DNA of 64,000 nucleotides from Gnetum montanum. Lineage: Eukaryota; Plantae; Gnetophyta. Location of the stretch: contig MNCI01000651.1 in NCBI GenBank assembly GCA_015680685.1, positions 62,001 through 126,000 on the forward strand, written 5' to 3'. Every line of letters begins with the position of its first letter. Position 1 is the stretch's first letter. Below, in pieces: positions 39,301-53,507 of this stretch. Made by a program: the position numbers and the translations under genes. The notes below the pieces were generated by a model. It had not been told where the DNA came from. It made no database searches and was given only the letters and a program-made list of their open reading frames with translations.

Positions 39301-41030
39301 AATTTTTTCAAAATGTAAGATTCATGTTGTGAATATGTTGAAGGATACCTGTACTACACTAGATAGTGTATTCCTAGTGTAGTCATGTTCTTGGATGATT
39401 CAACTAGTGATTTAACACTCTAGATAGCCCAAAACCTAACTTGGAAACCCAGAACCTTATCTAGCCTTACCTAACTATAACTCCACCTCGTTTTGACCTT
39501 GGAAATATCAAGTTTACTTCATCTACACTATGACTAGGCTCAACTACATTGGCTAGCATAGTTCAAATGGAAAACGATGATCTCAAAAGTCAAGCAACAT
39601 CCAAAATCAATCATCTTGAGCCAAAACGCTAACTAGGAACACTTGTAATCATAGGAACCCAAAAACCCAATTGACTATAGAAATACATTAAAAGGCTAGA
39701 TTTTACATCTTACTACACTAGGATAGGTCATCACTACACTGTTAACATAGTCCTAGTGTAGTCATGATTTGGAATTAATGTAATTAGTATCTTGTCATCT
39801 CGAATGATCTAAAATTTGAATCGAGACATCTAGAACATTATGCATTATTTCCAAGTCATACTTTTACCTTTTTTAGATCATTAGAATGTAAAATTCCATT
39901 CATCTAAGCTAAGTCAGGCTTGAGACTATGATGGCCAATGTAGTCCTAGTGTAGCCCTTACCTTATAGAGGTTTAACTAGCCCAACAACACTCAGAATGA
40001 TGAAACACTTGATTTGGGAAGATTGGAACCCTAAGACTTGTTATAGTTTAATCTTGTTTGACCATGAGAAGTTCAATTTCTAGTCTATATACAGTAGAAA
40101 AATAATTAATTATTCTAGCTAGTGTATTCATGAGATGTGGTTGATAAAACTCCAACTTCCCCAGTCTGTTTTGACTTCAAAATGGCCTATTCAGTCTCAA
40201 CCAAATTGTATAATACCCTAGGAAGCTAGTGAAGCACAATTTCAAACTTTGAAATCCTAGAAACCCACTTTTCCCATGTATCTATGCTAGGACTATGATG
40301 GTTAGTGTAGTCCTACCATAGTCAACAATATTTATATCATTTATAGCTTCCCAAGAGTTAAAACGATGTCAAAATTTAGAAATCTTCAATCCTAGTCCTC
40401 TATGCTAGCCATATAGACCATTACAATCCCAAAACTAGCCATAACAAACTTGGAAAACCATCTACTATCACCAACTACACTAGGCCTAGTTTGACTACAC
40501 TAGCTAGCATAGTTCCTAAGAGAGGCTATTGTAGTCACAAGAAAAAGTATCATTATAACCTTCAAATAGCTCTCAAATGATCTTACCAAGTTGATCATGT
40601 GAAGCCCTAAAACTAGAAAAAGCTAATCCTAGTTGACTAATATTGATCATGTTTTACCTTACATTTTCTACCTTGATTGGTTCAGCCTTATTTCACTATT
40701 TTATTGCTTGATTTGATCTTGTTATGCATTATTAACCTTCATTCTTTAACCTTGTGATGTCATTTGGCTTTTTTTTGGTCATTGAAGCATCACTTGATCC
40801 AATTCTACCAAATGTCCCATCATTTGACCTTTATTTGACCTTATGTAGCTTGTATTTCATCTTATTTATCTTCACCTACACCTTATAGCCTTTTTTGACC
40901 TTATTTGCACCTTTTTTGACCATGAAATGACATGTTTTGGCTGATCCATGCATAGATGCTAAAGTATTTTATATCATTTTAGCACCATTTACTCAATTTA
41001 CGTAGTTACCACTTAATGTCCTCTTGGTAG

Positions 41031-44000
41031 ATATGTAGGATTGAAGTATGAACACCTAGAAGAAAATTAGTTTACCATTGAACCTAAATGAAACTTATGG
41101 TGATGTCAAATGATTTATTAATGTTAATTACCTAGATCTTGAGCCTAATAGTTTTGTCAACCAAATAGCCTTAATAGAAAAACCTCTAGAATGGCTGAAA
41201 ACCTAGTCAAAACCCTTAACCTTGAGGCTAGTGACATTACCAAGGATACATTAGTTGAGGCTCTTATCACAACACAAAGTGATGAGGAGAAAACACTAAA
41301 ATTAAGTTCCTCACTAGAACCGTAATAGGCTCAATACATTACTATGGTCCTCCAAGATATCATCAAGGCTTTTACTTGGTTAGATAAAGATATGTCAGGT
41401 TTTGACCCATTCCTAGTACAACATAAGATCATAATTGATCCTAGTATTATACCAATTAACCATAAAGCTTGAAGGACTAGTCCAGATTTAGCCTTGGTAG
41501 TTCATAATGAAATCATGAAATTATATCAAGATTGTTTCATTAAAGAAATTGATTATGTAGAATGGATGTCCAACATAGTGGTAGTCACTAAGAAAAATAG
41601 CAGTATATGTATCTATATTAATTTATGATACCTGAATAAGGTAATCATAAAGGATGATTTCCCTTTGCCTAGTATTGACCAACTTATAAATACTATGGTT
41701 GGACATGCCTCGCTATCCTTCATGGATGGGTTCTTAGGATATAACCAAATTGGGATCAACCTAGAACATTAACTTAGTATGACCATCATAATGCCATGGG
41801 AAACCTTCTATGACACCATGATGCTATTTGGCCTAAAGAACGTAGGAGCAACCTATCAAAGAGCAGTGACATACATCTTCAGTGATTATATGCTAAGATT
41901 ACTTAATGATTATGTAGATGATATAGATGTTATGTTCAAAGAGGCCAATAATCATGCACATGACCTTGACCATGTGCTTAAAAGATGCCTCAAGTATGAG
42001 ATTAGTCTTAATGCCAAGAAGTGTGTCTTTGGAATAAAAATTGGTAAGATGATTTTGTAGTATCTGAAGTGAGAATATGTGTTAATCCTAAAAAGGTTAA
42101 GGCCATATCCAACTTGGAAACATGAACTAACATTAAGGATCTTTGGGGAATGCAAGGTAGATTACAATTTATCCATTATCACTAGGCTTACATATAAGTT
42201 ACAATCCATGAAACACTTAGTTAAGAAAGGAGTTCACTATAAGTGGATGGCTCAATGCTAAGAAGCCTTTGAAAACCTTGAGAAAATGTTGGGACAACTA
42301 CCTATAGTTTATCTACCATAAAAGGATAAATATTTTCACATCTACCTTGCTATCTTTGACACATCTATTGCCTCTCTTCTCTATAATAAATGAGATGATG
42401 CAATAGAGTTACCTTTATACTACTTAAGCCATGCATTTATTTCCTTTGAGACTTAATGCATTGAAGTAGAGAAGTATTATCTAGTCCTAGTCTTCTCACT
42501 GAAGAAGTAATGACACTACCTCTTTAGGAGCTAGGCAAATGCCATCTGTAAAGATAATATACTTCGATCTATCACAACTGATATCTATGAAAGTAGTTGT
42601 ATAACTTGTTGAAAAGCCATAATAGTTGAATTTGAGCTACATGAAATCTTTCAAGCCTCAACAAAAGGTTAAGCTATAGCTACAAAAATTGTTGTTTCAC
42701 TAGTAGATGACCATGAAACCATTGATCCTAAATTCCTAGATGAACATGTTAACACTATTAGCAAGGTACTTGAGGGCTATGAGGTGATTATGCACTTTGA
42801 CATAGCTTCAACTACCCATGGGGCCAACACTGCTGCCATCATAACATTGCCATATGATGAAATCCAACACTTTTCTTATCATTTTGAATTTCCATGTACC
42901 AACAACATGGAAAAGTATGAAGGATTTATTAGGAGATGATGATAGCTTGTGACCTAGGAATCAAATTTCTAATGATTAAAGGTGATTCACAACTTTTGGT
43001 TAACCAAGTAATTGACATTTATGCATGCAAAGCCAAATATTTACAACCTTACTATGACTTAGGAAAGAAAATGATACAAAAATTTGTAGATATTAGTGTC
43101 CAATATGTACCTTGAACTGAGAACATGCTAGCTAATCCCATCATGACCTTAGCCTTCATTGTGACACCTAATGTGTTTTGTAAGCTACCTAACTTAATCA
43201 TGAACTATGGTACTTCCATCATGAAAAATACTAAAGGTGAATCTATAGCCTTTTTCAGTACCACACCTCCAAGGGAATGGTATAACAATATCAAGTTTTA
43301 CCTCATGCATGATGAATCTCCAAAAGGCTGACTACTTCTTAAAATGACATTGTACATAAATGATCAAAGAAATATGTCATTGTAGATGATAACACATTAT
43401 GTTGAAGGTCCTATTATGACATGTTGTTAGTGCATTTGGGAAAAATCAAAGCCCACATAATCCTTAAGCAAGTTCATGAGGGTATATGTGGAGGACATAT
43501 AGAACTTAGAGCCATGGCTAAACATCGACAACTGGGTTATTACTAGCCCTATATGAAAACTGATTGCTTCTAGAAGATCATGACCTATGATACTTATCAA
43601 TGACATAGCAAACTAATACATGTACCACTAATTGAGTTACATATCACTTAGATAACCTAGCTATTCCAACAGTGGGGTTCTGAAATCATTGGACCTATAA
43701 CACTTAATTCTTTTACAGGGCATAGCTTTATTATCATCACAACCAAATACTTCACAAATTAGGCTGAAGCTATTTCCCTAGGGAAGAAGAAATCTCAACA
43801 AGTCTGTAGATTTATATTGAATAATATAGTAGCCCATTTTGGCATACCTATGGTCATAGTTATGGATAATGAACCACAATTTAGAAACTAGGAAGAAAAA
43901 ACATTTTGTTAAGACCTAGGCATTAAGCATTCTTTTTCATCAGTCTACTACCCTCAAGCCAATGGACTAGCTAAAGGTATTAACAAGGCCATCATAAACT

Positions 44001-44514
44001 TGCAAAAAAGGATACTGAATGATAGTAGATATAAGTGGCATAAGTGGTTTGTCAATGCACTTTGCGCCTACCAAACAACATATCAAAACACAACTAGTGT
44101 AACTTCATATCGTCTTGTTTATGGATCTGAATTTGTTTTCCCTCTTGAATTGCATGTTCCATTGCATAGAGTGCTCTAGTAGACATTATCGAGGATGAAA
44201 AAAATAAGGAACCATGTACCATGGACATGGACTTGGTGAAGAAGCAATGAGTATGAATTCTTGCTCACATTAAGTGATACTAGGAGAGGCAAAAATAACA
44301 ACGTTGTCATAACCTAAATAAATGAAAGATAAAAATGGGAGACCTAGTTCTGAAAGCTATTTGTGAGCATGTAGAAAAATTCTCTACCAACTTGGAAGGA
44401 TCTTTCTTAATCACCAAGGCCTATGGTAATGGAGCCTATAGAATAGTAGACATGGATGGGAATGAATTAGCCAATCCCATCAATTATTTCTATCTAATGC
44501 CTTATTACATCTAA
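41031..44514 (+). pseudogene. pol: pol of E (RT-RH-aRH-INT), strongly decayed
   Basis: FMDGFLGYNQI, LFGLKNVGATYQ, YVDDIDV, GDSQLLVNQV, HEGICGGH. Confidence 0.9.
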
Positions 44515-45567
44515 CATGCTTTCTCTACAAGTATCAACATTGACATCCACAACCACAGTGACTAATAAAAATTGAGCCAGTATTCCTTTCTTTACCATTT
44601 TTTGCATGATAAATGGACTAAAAAACTTTGTAACATCTATAATGCAAGATGCTAATTCCTTTTTGGTATATCTATTGTGACCTTTGGTGGCCTAGTTTGT
44701 TCATTTTTTCATGTAGCCCTATGCATTGTATTATGACAGCATGCTTTCTTTGTCATGTTTTGATTGTTCTCTTGGATTTTTGCTTGTAGGATGAAGGTTT
44801 AAGTCATTGCGAATATGGAACTCATTATGATAACAATTCATCATGTGACCATGATGTGTAATATTTGGTGAGTTCTTTTGGTTGTACCAAGAGTGCTTGT
44901 TTTGTAATCCCTATCATTACTTTTCTTAGAACCCAATTCCACAAGATAATTATGACCTTCCTCATCCTAAATGACAATGGTAACCTATGTTTGACATTCA
45001 TGTATTATGGTCATTCAACATATTTTTCATCATGCTCCATCATCAAGTCCATTGAATGTAACACATCTCATTCAATAGGAAAACCAAATCAAACTTGACT
45101 TTGGTAATGAAGTCCAATGAGGGTTCAGCTCCCTCAAAAAAATAAGAAAGAAAATTGCCAAAAATTCAAATAGCCAATGTGGACCAAAAGATAAACCAAT
45201 GGCTCTAAACATGCAAAGGAAGGAGCCTAGAGGCCAAAGGAACATTGGAGTGAGGTGTTGATTCCTTAAGAACATTACTAAGTGGCCAACACTTTAAAGC
45301 ACAAAGCATGAAGCCTTAATTGATTGTTCAACATATCCATGCCATAGCATAGTCATGATGTCAATGTATAGAACTCATTTTTAACCCCAATGATCATTTC
45401 TTTATGCAATAACCTTATTCCATTATCACAAGCACTTTTTGGCATGGTTCGATGGTACAAGATCAAGTGTAGAGAGAAAATGTTGGTGATGGGCTCATAG
45501 TGGTATTTTGTATTCTTTCTCGATGTCTCTTGAGTCAATCCCCTAAACATCAACAAAGAGAAACGAA

Positions 45568-46939
45568 TGAAACACCACCTATAAAATGCATGTTATAACA
45601 TGTAATCTTCACCATCCAAGTTGAGGCAAGATTCTATTGTAAATTTAATTTTTATGATCCTTGAGCTACAATCTTGCATACTTTAACTTTTTGAAATTGA
45701 AAAATGCCTCATAAGTTGCTATTTCCTCACTTCTTAAGGAAAAAAAGCAATTTCATGTCTATATTTTGGCTTGGAAATGCTAAAAATGCCTTGGGGAATA
45801 CCAAATTTGGCATTTTCATGGATTTTTGAGGGGGTATAGCCTTATCTACACTGGAACCACCCATTCCTAGCATTGGTGGTGTTGGGTTTTCTATTTTCCA
45901 ACAATTCACAACATAGTTGTCACAAAACCCAACATGGGAGCCATAAGGCCAATGTTGGAGTTGTTGGATTTTCTATTTTCCCACTAAGGGCCAACATAGT
46001 CATGACACATTCTAGTGGTGATAGTATGACCAGCATAGTCATCTAAGATTTCTAGCAATCTTCACATGGCTAGCATAGTCACCACATTTTCCAAAAAATG
46101 CCAACAATGCCAACGTAAATCTCCAAGGCTAGTGTAGTTGAGGTGAAGCCAATGTAGTTACAAAGGTCCATTTACTAGTTTTAGTATGCAAATAGATCTT
46201 GATGGCATTGATGTATCAGAACTTGTCATAAATGATGAACTATGCTAGAATAACAACTTGCTACACCTACAATCAATGTCAATTTGTCAACAATCATGGC
46301 AGAAATTTGTAGTCCAAAATTAGAAACCTTGAAGTGTATAAAAGCCAAACTTGAATACAATATTGAGGTTCTAAAAAACAAGTTTTAGTAGCTCAAAATA
46401 TTTTTTACAACCATGACACAATAGAACTTGGGCACCTAAAACTTATTTGAGCATTTTGTAGGACTTTTGAAGTAACTAGCATCTACCTAAGCACCATAGA
46501 CTCTTAGCATAGTTCCATTGCTACCAAAGTCAAACACCATTGTTCACACCATTTTTACCTAAAAATTTTCAAATTTAGGCAAAAACCATCAAGATACTTT
46601 TGACTATTCGGATTGGAAAGTACCTGGATCATGGAGTTAGACTATAGAATACAGCCTGCTAGCTCCAATAGGCTTCAAGCTTCATTCAAACAAGCTTGTT
46701 ATGCATATAAGCACATAATATGTACTCTTTTAACTCCATAATTTTAAGCATTCTGTTATTAAATGAAGTTTTTAGTTCATTTGTAGTGTAGATTTAGTTT
46801 TAAGTTTAATTCTATGTTTATTTTTTTTGTTTGAATCTACAATTCAATTCCTATTTTCATTGACATTTACATTCTCTAAGTCCCTGTGTGATCCAAGGTT
46901 AGGCTATTTCACTAGGGATTTTTAGTTCTAGACACTACA
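45568..46939 (+). repeat. 3' LTR of element E (TGAAACACC...ACTACA)
   Basis: Conserved PPT/LTR junction; ends in CA where chromovirus RNase H coding sequence resumes. Confidence 0.75.
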
Positions 46940-48707
46940 AAGTTGATGAAGAGATTAATCTGAATGCCTATTGTGATGTCACATGTTTCTAGTAAGCCTT
47001 ATGGTATCTATATAGATGCTTCAATAGAAGTTTTAGAAGGGGTTCTCATGCAAGATGGTAATATGGTGGTTTATGCTTCTACATAGATGAAACCTTATGA
47101 GATCAAATAGTAAGCCCATCATTTAGAGCTTAATGCCATTATTTTTTACATAAGATTTAAAGATATTACTTATATGTAATGCATATTACCTTTTGAAAAA
47201 ATCATAAAAGCTTGTAGTACATTATGATTTAACCATAATTAAACATAAGACAAAGGTAAGAGGTACAATTATTAGTAGATTTTAAATTTATAATGTCATA
47301 TCATCTAGAAAAATACAAGAAGGTGGTAGATGCACTAAGTAGGATAGTTAAATATCTTTATAGTATTACTATCTTACCTAGCTTGAAGGATGAGGTAAGT
47401 TCTTAGTAAATTTTAGATCCTTGGTATCAGGAGAAGATTGTTAATCTTTCTCTAGTAGATTTACATGTTTTAGTTTACAATTGTAACCTGTTGAGATTTT
47501 TTTAAAAAAAATTGTATGTGCTTATTACAATTAGATAGAAGCTATTTGATGAGGCTTACTTCAGTATTAAATGTATCCTAAAAATGATAATATGTATCAC
47601 AACATTAAAAAATAGTATTAGTGGTCTAGTATGTAGAACATTATTTGATGTGTCAAAAAATTAAGGCCAAGAAACTTAGAGCTAGTGGTGATCTTCATAG
47701 ATACACCATTCTAGTGTGGAAATGGGAGACCATTCCTAGATTATCTCATACTAAGAATAGAAATTCAAGATTCTATCCTTGTGATCATATATCTTTTGAT
47801 CAAATCTTTTTACTTCTTGGCTATGAATGCAACAACTAATATAGAATAATTTCTTAGATTACATAGAGTTTTAAGTAAGAATGTGTTAGATAGAAATCTT
47901 ATGTTTACTTCTAGATTTTGGTACTCTTTTTAGAATAGTTTGAATACTACATTGAATCTTATTTTAGCATACACCCTTAGATAAATGATTAGACATAGAG
48001 AATGAATTAGATTTTAGCAAATATGCTTCAAGCTTATGCTCTAAACTACAAAGATAGTTGGGATAAAGTTCTTCCCTTCAAAATAATCATCAAACTAGTT
48101 TGGACACTACACCTTATGAAGTATTGTATGATTGACCTTGGTATATATCTCTTTGTTGGGATTCTATAGAAAACAAATAGAGGGCCAACCTAGATAGACA
48201 TCATTGTTAAGGCTATAGAATGGATTAAGATTATCACTGGTAGATTATATGTAGCTATAAATATGCCAATGACAAAATAAGATCTCTAAAGTTTCATGTT
48301 AGTGATCAACTTTTTCTCAAGGTTTCATCCAAATTATGAATTTTTTCAAAAGAAGAAAGTTAGCTTCTCATGACATTGATCCCATTCTTGTTTTCAAAAA
48401 AATTAGAGAGTTTTCTTATCAACCTAATATTCTACCATACTGACAATTCATTTGTAATGTTCTTTATGATTCTATGCTGAGAAAGTATGTTGCAAATATG
48501 AGTCATAGGATATTTTGGAATGATGTTCAACTTCAACCTAATGATAATTTTTTAAAGCATCTAGTTAAGATTGTTAAAATAATGGAGAGAAGATTGAGGA
48601 GTAAGATCATTTTGATGGTGAAGATTATTTGAAAATCACATAGAGCATAGGAAGGTATATGGGAAGTCTAGAAAGATTTGTATTCCTCACACCATAAGAT
48701 CTTTTAG
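46940..48707 (+). pseudogene. pol: Tekay/Del-type chromovirus pol remnant (RNase H, integrase, chromodomain) of element F
   Basis: YIDASIEVLEGVLMQDGNMVVYAS, HHLEL, VVDALSR, WKWETI, FTSRFW, TPYEVLY, RLRSKII.MVKII..EGIWE. Confidence 0.8.
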
Positions 48708-48733
48708 GAGGAAGATTCTTAATAGAGGGATTA

Positions 48734-49506
48734 TGTAACATGCCTACCTTAGATACCGCTAATCCATTGGTATTTTTATTATTTAAACCTTTAATGTTTG
48801 ATGGCTAGACTATGTCATACGCTTTATTATTCTTTTTCTTTGTTAATTATGCTTTTGTGGTTTGAGCTATGTATGTTATTCTATTTTTAATTATATTTTT
48901 AAAAATATATTTTAATGATTAATTTTAATTTATTTTCTTTTTTATTTTTAATATTTTTATTTTTATAGTATTTTTTATTCTTTTTTATTTTAGCATATTT
49001 GCACTAACCTCTTTTGTTATAGTTTGAAATTTTTCTTTTCAAGTTCTAACAATTTTGAGTTTACCAATATGTCTTATATTCTAGTTTCATCTAATTTTCC
49101 TAGGTCATCAAAACTCATAGACATCATATTCTTTTTCTCTTCTTTCTTTTATCTTAGATAAAATTTTTATAGTTTTATAATTTTGTTTGACATTTTCTTT
49201 AAAAGCTTATCTTTGTTAGTATCTTTCTATTATTTTTCATGTAACTGACATGTATATGGTAATGTTTTAAGTTTAAAATTTTGTATAGAAATTAAATAAA
49301 TTTTTTATTTCTTAGAAATTTAATCTGCACCATCAAAAACTAGATTTAACTATCTTTCTAGATCTATGGAGTGCCAATATAAATCATGCAACGTCTTTAT
49401 GTTTGGTGTTCTTCTTAGCCACAATCAAACAAGAGCATCAAACATAAATACTAGGCCTAGTAATACTAGTTTTGGCTTAGTAAACCCAAGTTATAGGTTT
49501 GATTAT
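48734..49506 (+). repeat. Start of 3' LTR of F (TGTAACA); right end not resolved
   Basis: PPT AATAGAGGGA followed by TGTAACA; AT-rich; interrupted by G. Confidence 0.6.
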
Positions 49507-50529
49507 TGATGAGTGGCGAGGTACCCCTACACTCAATCATACGAAACGAGCATAGCACGTGCTATCCGATCGAACTCTGTAGACTAAGTGCCTACACGCC
49601 CCATCGAACACTTGGGGTTAATTATTCATTGTCTTCCTAGACTTACTTGTAGTTGTCATGGTGTATGGTTAAGTAAGTCCGAGGTATATGATTTTTATAT
49701 CTTTTTATGTTTTTCTCCTATGCTATCGAGGTGAAGGGTTGAGAAACTAACTCTAACTAATGACTAAGTCTAAATTACCTAGCGTCAGCATCTGTTCCCA
49801 CTTACCGTACACACCCTGAACCGATGCAACTGGGGCTACCAAACGCTAATCGTTATTGGGATCACCACGCGTAACGCACATGCTCAAAGTGGTCGTACTA
49901 AGGCACCTAACTAGGAGGAAAGGGTTGAAGGAGCTATCTAGCCTAAGTGTGATGAGTGACCGATTCCTTGACTAACCGTACACATTGGGATGTATGACTA
50001 TCGTTTGGCTTACCAAGCGTAGATCCTAGATACGCCACTGGGTTACCAAGTAGTCATACTAGATGCTCTTCATCAAGTCATACTCATATCGCATGCGATG
50101 AGCAGCCGATTCCTTAACTATCCGTACACATCCTTAGATGCTCGTAATCAAGTCGTACTCATACCGCATTCTAGGAGTTTAAGGATGAGAGAGAAAATAA
50201 TAAATAAAATCCTATTCCATGCACTGCAAGGTTTATCCAGAAAGCTCATCTTTATTGCCGTACACAACTTGTGTTTAGGTACAATGTTGCTCGAATAAAG
50301 ATCTGTTCACTTTGGGACTCCTACTGTGGGCACATGGAAAATATTCTATCTCTGGAGTGATCAAACTGCCATAGTTCCCCTACTTCTAACTCAGGATGGG
50401 AAATAAGGGGAGTGCCACCTCTTATTTATAGATATGGCGGTGGACCGCGATATCGCGTACGCAATATCACAGGGGATGATGCAATATCGCATACGCGATA
50501 TCGTGGCTCATGCGAATTGCGTCTCATCA
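49507..50529 (-). mobile_element. Solo Athila-type LTR G with TSD ATTAT
   Basis: TGATG..CATCA termini; ATTAT at 49502-49506 and 50530-50534; reverse complement aligns to 63237-64000. Confidence 0.92.
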
Positions 50530-50554
50530 ATTATACTAGGTACCACTGAGTTAC

Positions 50555-50836
50555 AAACTTCTATAAATATTGGGATACATCTATGTTTCAACTATTTCAA
50601 GTTCCAAAAACCCAAATTGAAATTCAAGGGTCTATATCATTTACATAGGTATCTCTTAATACTTTGTTTCTAGGCTATTACTGATTTTGAGAAAATCTAT
50701 ACCATAATAAACTTCTATAAATCTTGGGATATACCTATGTTTCAATTATTTTAGGTTTCGACATGTCAAATTGAAATTCAAGGATCTATATCATTTCAAT
50801 AGGTATCTTCTAATACTTTGTTTCTAGGCTATTACT
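50555..50836 (+). repeat. Two copies of a ~154-bp-period direct repeat
   Basis: AAACTTCTATAAAT..GGGATA..AAATTGAAATTCAAGG..TAATACTTTGTTTCTAGGCTATTACT occurs twice. Confidence 0.8.
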
Positions 50837-52463
50837 AATTTAAATTTACTAATTAAATCTTTTGATTCTAGTTTTATTTTGACTAAACCTTAATAAAGTT
50901 CATGCTTTTAATTTGAATATCAAACTGAGCTATAAGTAAAGCTTTCATGTCATTCCAACTCATGACACTATTATTTAATAAGTTTGAATAGCAAATCTAG
51001 GCCATATCTCTAAAATTACCCATGAAAAATCTATAGGCTTGGTCTTGATGTTGGATATATACATGAATCAAAGCCAATTCAAAAAGGTATAGGTATTTCT
51101 TAGTTAATTAAACCTTCCAAGGTATATAAGGTTCAAGTAAATATTTAGAAGAACCTTTTGGAATGCCATTATAGGTATTAAAGTATAATGATTTTGAAAG
51201 ATAAAATGAATTAGTAGGAGGAGAAATAGCCATTATGCTAAAATTTTGGATTCTTCTAGATGATCCTATTCTTAGTTTAGGTTTATCTCTGAAAGATAAA
51301 CCACTCAATAGAAATGATGTTCTACTTCTCCTAGTGTTTACTTCACTAGTTAATCTTCTAACAATTATCTTCAATTCCACTTCTTGGAGGAAATTTTATT
51401 TTTAAACCTTAATAACTTATTAAGTCTTTTAAAATATTCTTACTTACTTGATAATACTCTTATGAGCTAAATAAAATAATGTTAAATTTAAGCCCATCTT
51501 CTAGGCCTAGATTTCTGGTGTGAGAATACACCTCTTACCAACATAGATTTAATTTATTTTAGGTGGTTTCTAATTCTTAGCTCCACCAAGGTATAAATAC
51601 ATACAAATAGCTACTGATGAGTCATGAATTTGGTGACAGTCGAAATAGCACACCCATGATATTACGTATGCGATATCACGTACGCGATATCGCAGCCTAG
51701 CCACAAAATCACATACGTGATATGATAGCTTGTCTTCTCATCTATAAATAATAGGTAGATAGATCCAGAGGAAGTTAGTTTTTAGAGTTAATTTTTATTT
51801 TAGTTTTTTCTTTTCTTCTTAACCCTTTTCCTCCCAGTGTATGCCCTCAGTGTGGTGATTGTAATTATACGGCATCCTTTATTCGAGTGTGATTTACTTG
51901 GACATGCACATGACCGAAACAAAAGATCGAGATTATTTCATCATTCCAACATTCACTTAGTTTAATTAATAATTTAATTAATTTTTATTTACTACTTTCT
52001 TAGTTAATATCTCTCACCCTTAAACTTCTGTTAAACGTGGAATGAGTAAGACTTGATTATGAGAATTTAAGTGTGACTACTTGGTAACCTAGTAGCATAC
52101 CTAGGATCTGCACTTGGTAATCCCAATAGTAGTCATGCACGAAGTCCAAGGTGTGTACGGATAATCAAGGAATAGATGCTCATCACACTTAGGCTAGCTA
52201 GACTCTTTCTCTCTTATCTTAGTTAATATTACCTTCTGTTGCCTTCATGAGTAGCATTAGGTTAGAAACCGATCATACACCTCACTCTGGACTAAACTAT
52301 ACGTCACAAAGCTAATACTAGTACAGGTGGGAAGATAGCGAACTACAACCTAAGGCTAGCTGTCTAGATGCCACAACTAGTCCGTCTGCGGAGTTCGACC
52401 GGATCGTGCGTGTAATGCTTGTATTCGTATGGTTGAGTGTAGAGGTACCTCACCACTCATCAT

Positions 52464-52481
52464 TGGCACCATTTCCAAGGA
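52464..52481 (+). promoter_or_regulatory. Primer binding site (tRNA-Asp type, decayed)
   Basis: TGGCACCATTTCCAAGGA versus the Athila-type TGGCGCCGTTGCCGGGGA, 1 nt after the 5' LTR. Confidence 0.75.
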
Positions 52482-52601
52482 CGATGCTACTTATCTAGAT
52501 TAGTTATATCATACAAGGTCATTGTATAGGAATTAATGATATATCTTTTAAGAAGAAATAATTACAGAAAGTCACATACAAATTCACACAGTTTCACAAC
52601 C

Positions 52602-53507
52602 ATGCCTCTCCTACAAGACTATGATAATGCCACATCTAGTGAGGAAATTCATTGGAGAACCAATGAATTATCTGACAATGAAGATTATAGTATGTAATTT
52701 GAAGTGGGGGTTTCTTATAAACATAAATGAAGGAAACATCATCCCAACACACGAAATCATAACTTAGCTGATGACGATGAACCCCTACTAGCCACTACAA
52801 GCCTAACGCAAATACAAGAGGCTGTTCAAATCTGCCGTATGCATTGTAAAGAGAGTCGTCTACCCAGGCTCAATTTAAATAACTTCCCTAATTTCTCAGG
52901 AGGTTATGACTTAGATCTACATCAATGTTTACAAGCCTTCTACAATGCCTGCACATGGAACAACATTGATAATGGTTGAAAAAAGCTCAAGCTCTTTCCT
53001 ATGACACTTTTTAGCCAAGCAAAAGTATGGTATAGATCGTTAAAACCAAATTTAATACGACATTGGCCAACAATGGTAGAGGTCTTTAATGAAAGATATC
53101 AAACCTATGCAAGAGTGTCAGCCTTGAGGAAAGGAATCTAAGAGTGGAAACAAGCACAACATGAACCCTTGGACATGGCCTTAGAAAGATATTATGCACT
53201 ATTAAATAACTGTCCAGGCCATGAGTTCTCCGAAGAAAGGCTAATGTACCATATCATTGATGGGCTTCGTGATGAAACAAGAAAGATCCTAGGGATGTAT
53301 GTCCAAGGACAACTATATGAACTACGAACCCATCAATTACAAGAGCTTATTAAGCAGGTATCAAAAGAAGAAGGAGAAATGGCTAGATGGGAGAGTGTTG
53401 AAAAACATCAACAGGACAAAAATCTCAACCTAACAAAGGTCCATAATCACAAAAATGAGAAATCAACCTACAATAAGGAGAAAGAACCATCTTTGCTGGT
53501 ACAATAA
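52602..53507 (+). pseudogene. gag: Athila-type gag of H
   Basis: FPNFSG..KLKLFPMTLFSQAKVWYRSL..EPLDMALERYYALLNNCPGHEF..IIDGL. Confidence 0.85.

Larger units (their letters stand above)
33626..46939 (+). mobile_element. Tat/Ogre-like element E (gag-PR, ~5.1 kb intron, pol, 3' LTR), inserted in chromovirus F
   Basis: gag resumes right after LTR D (SMFLKGKALDWY); domain order as in C. Confidence 0.85.
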
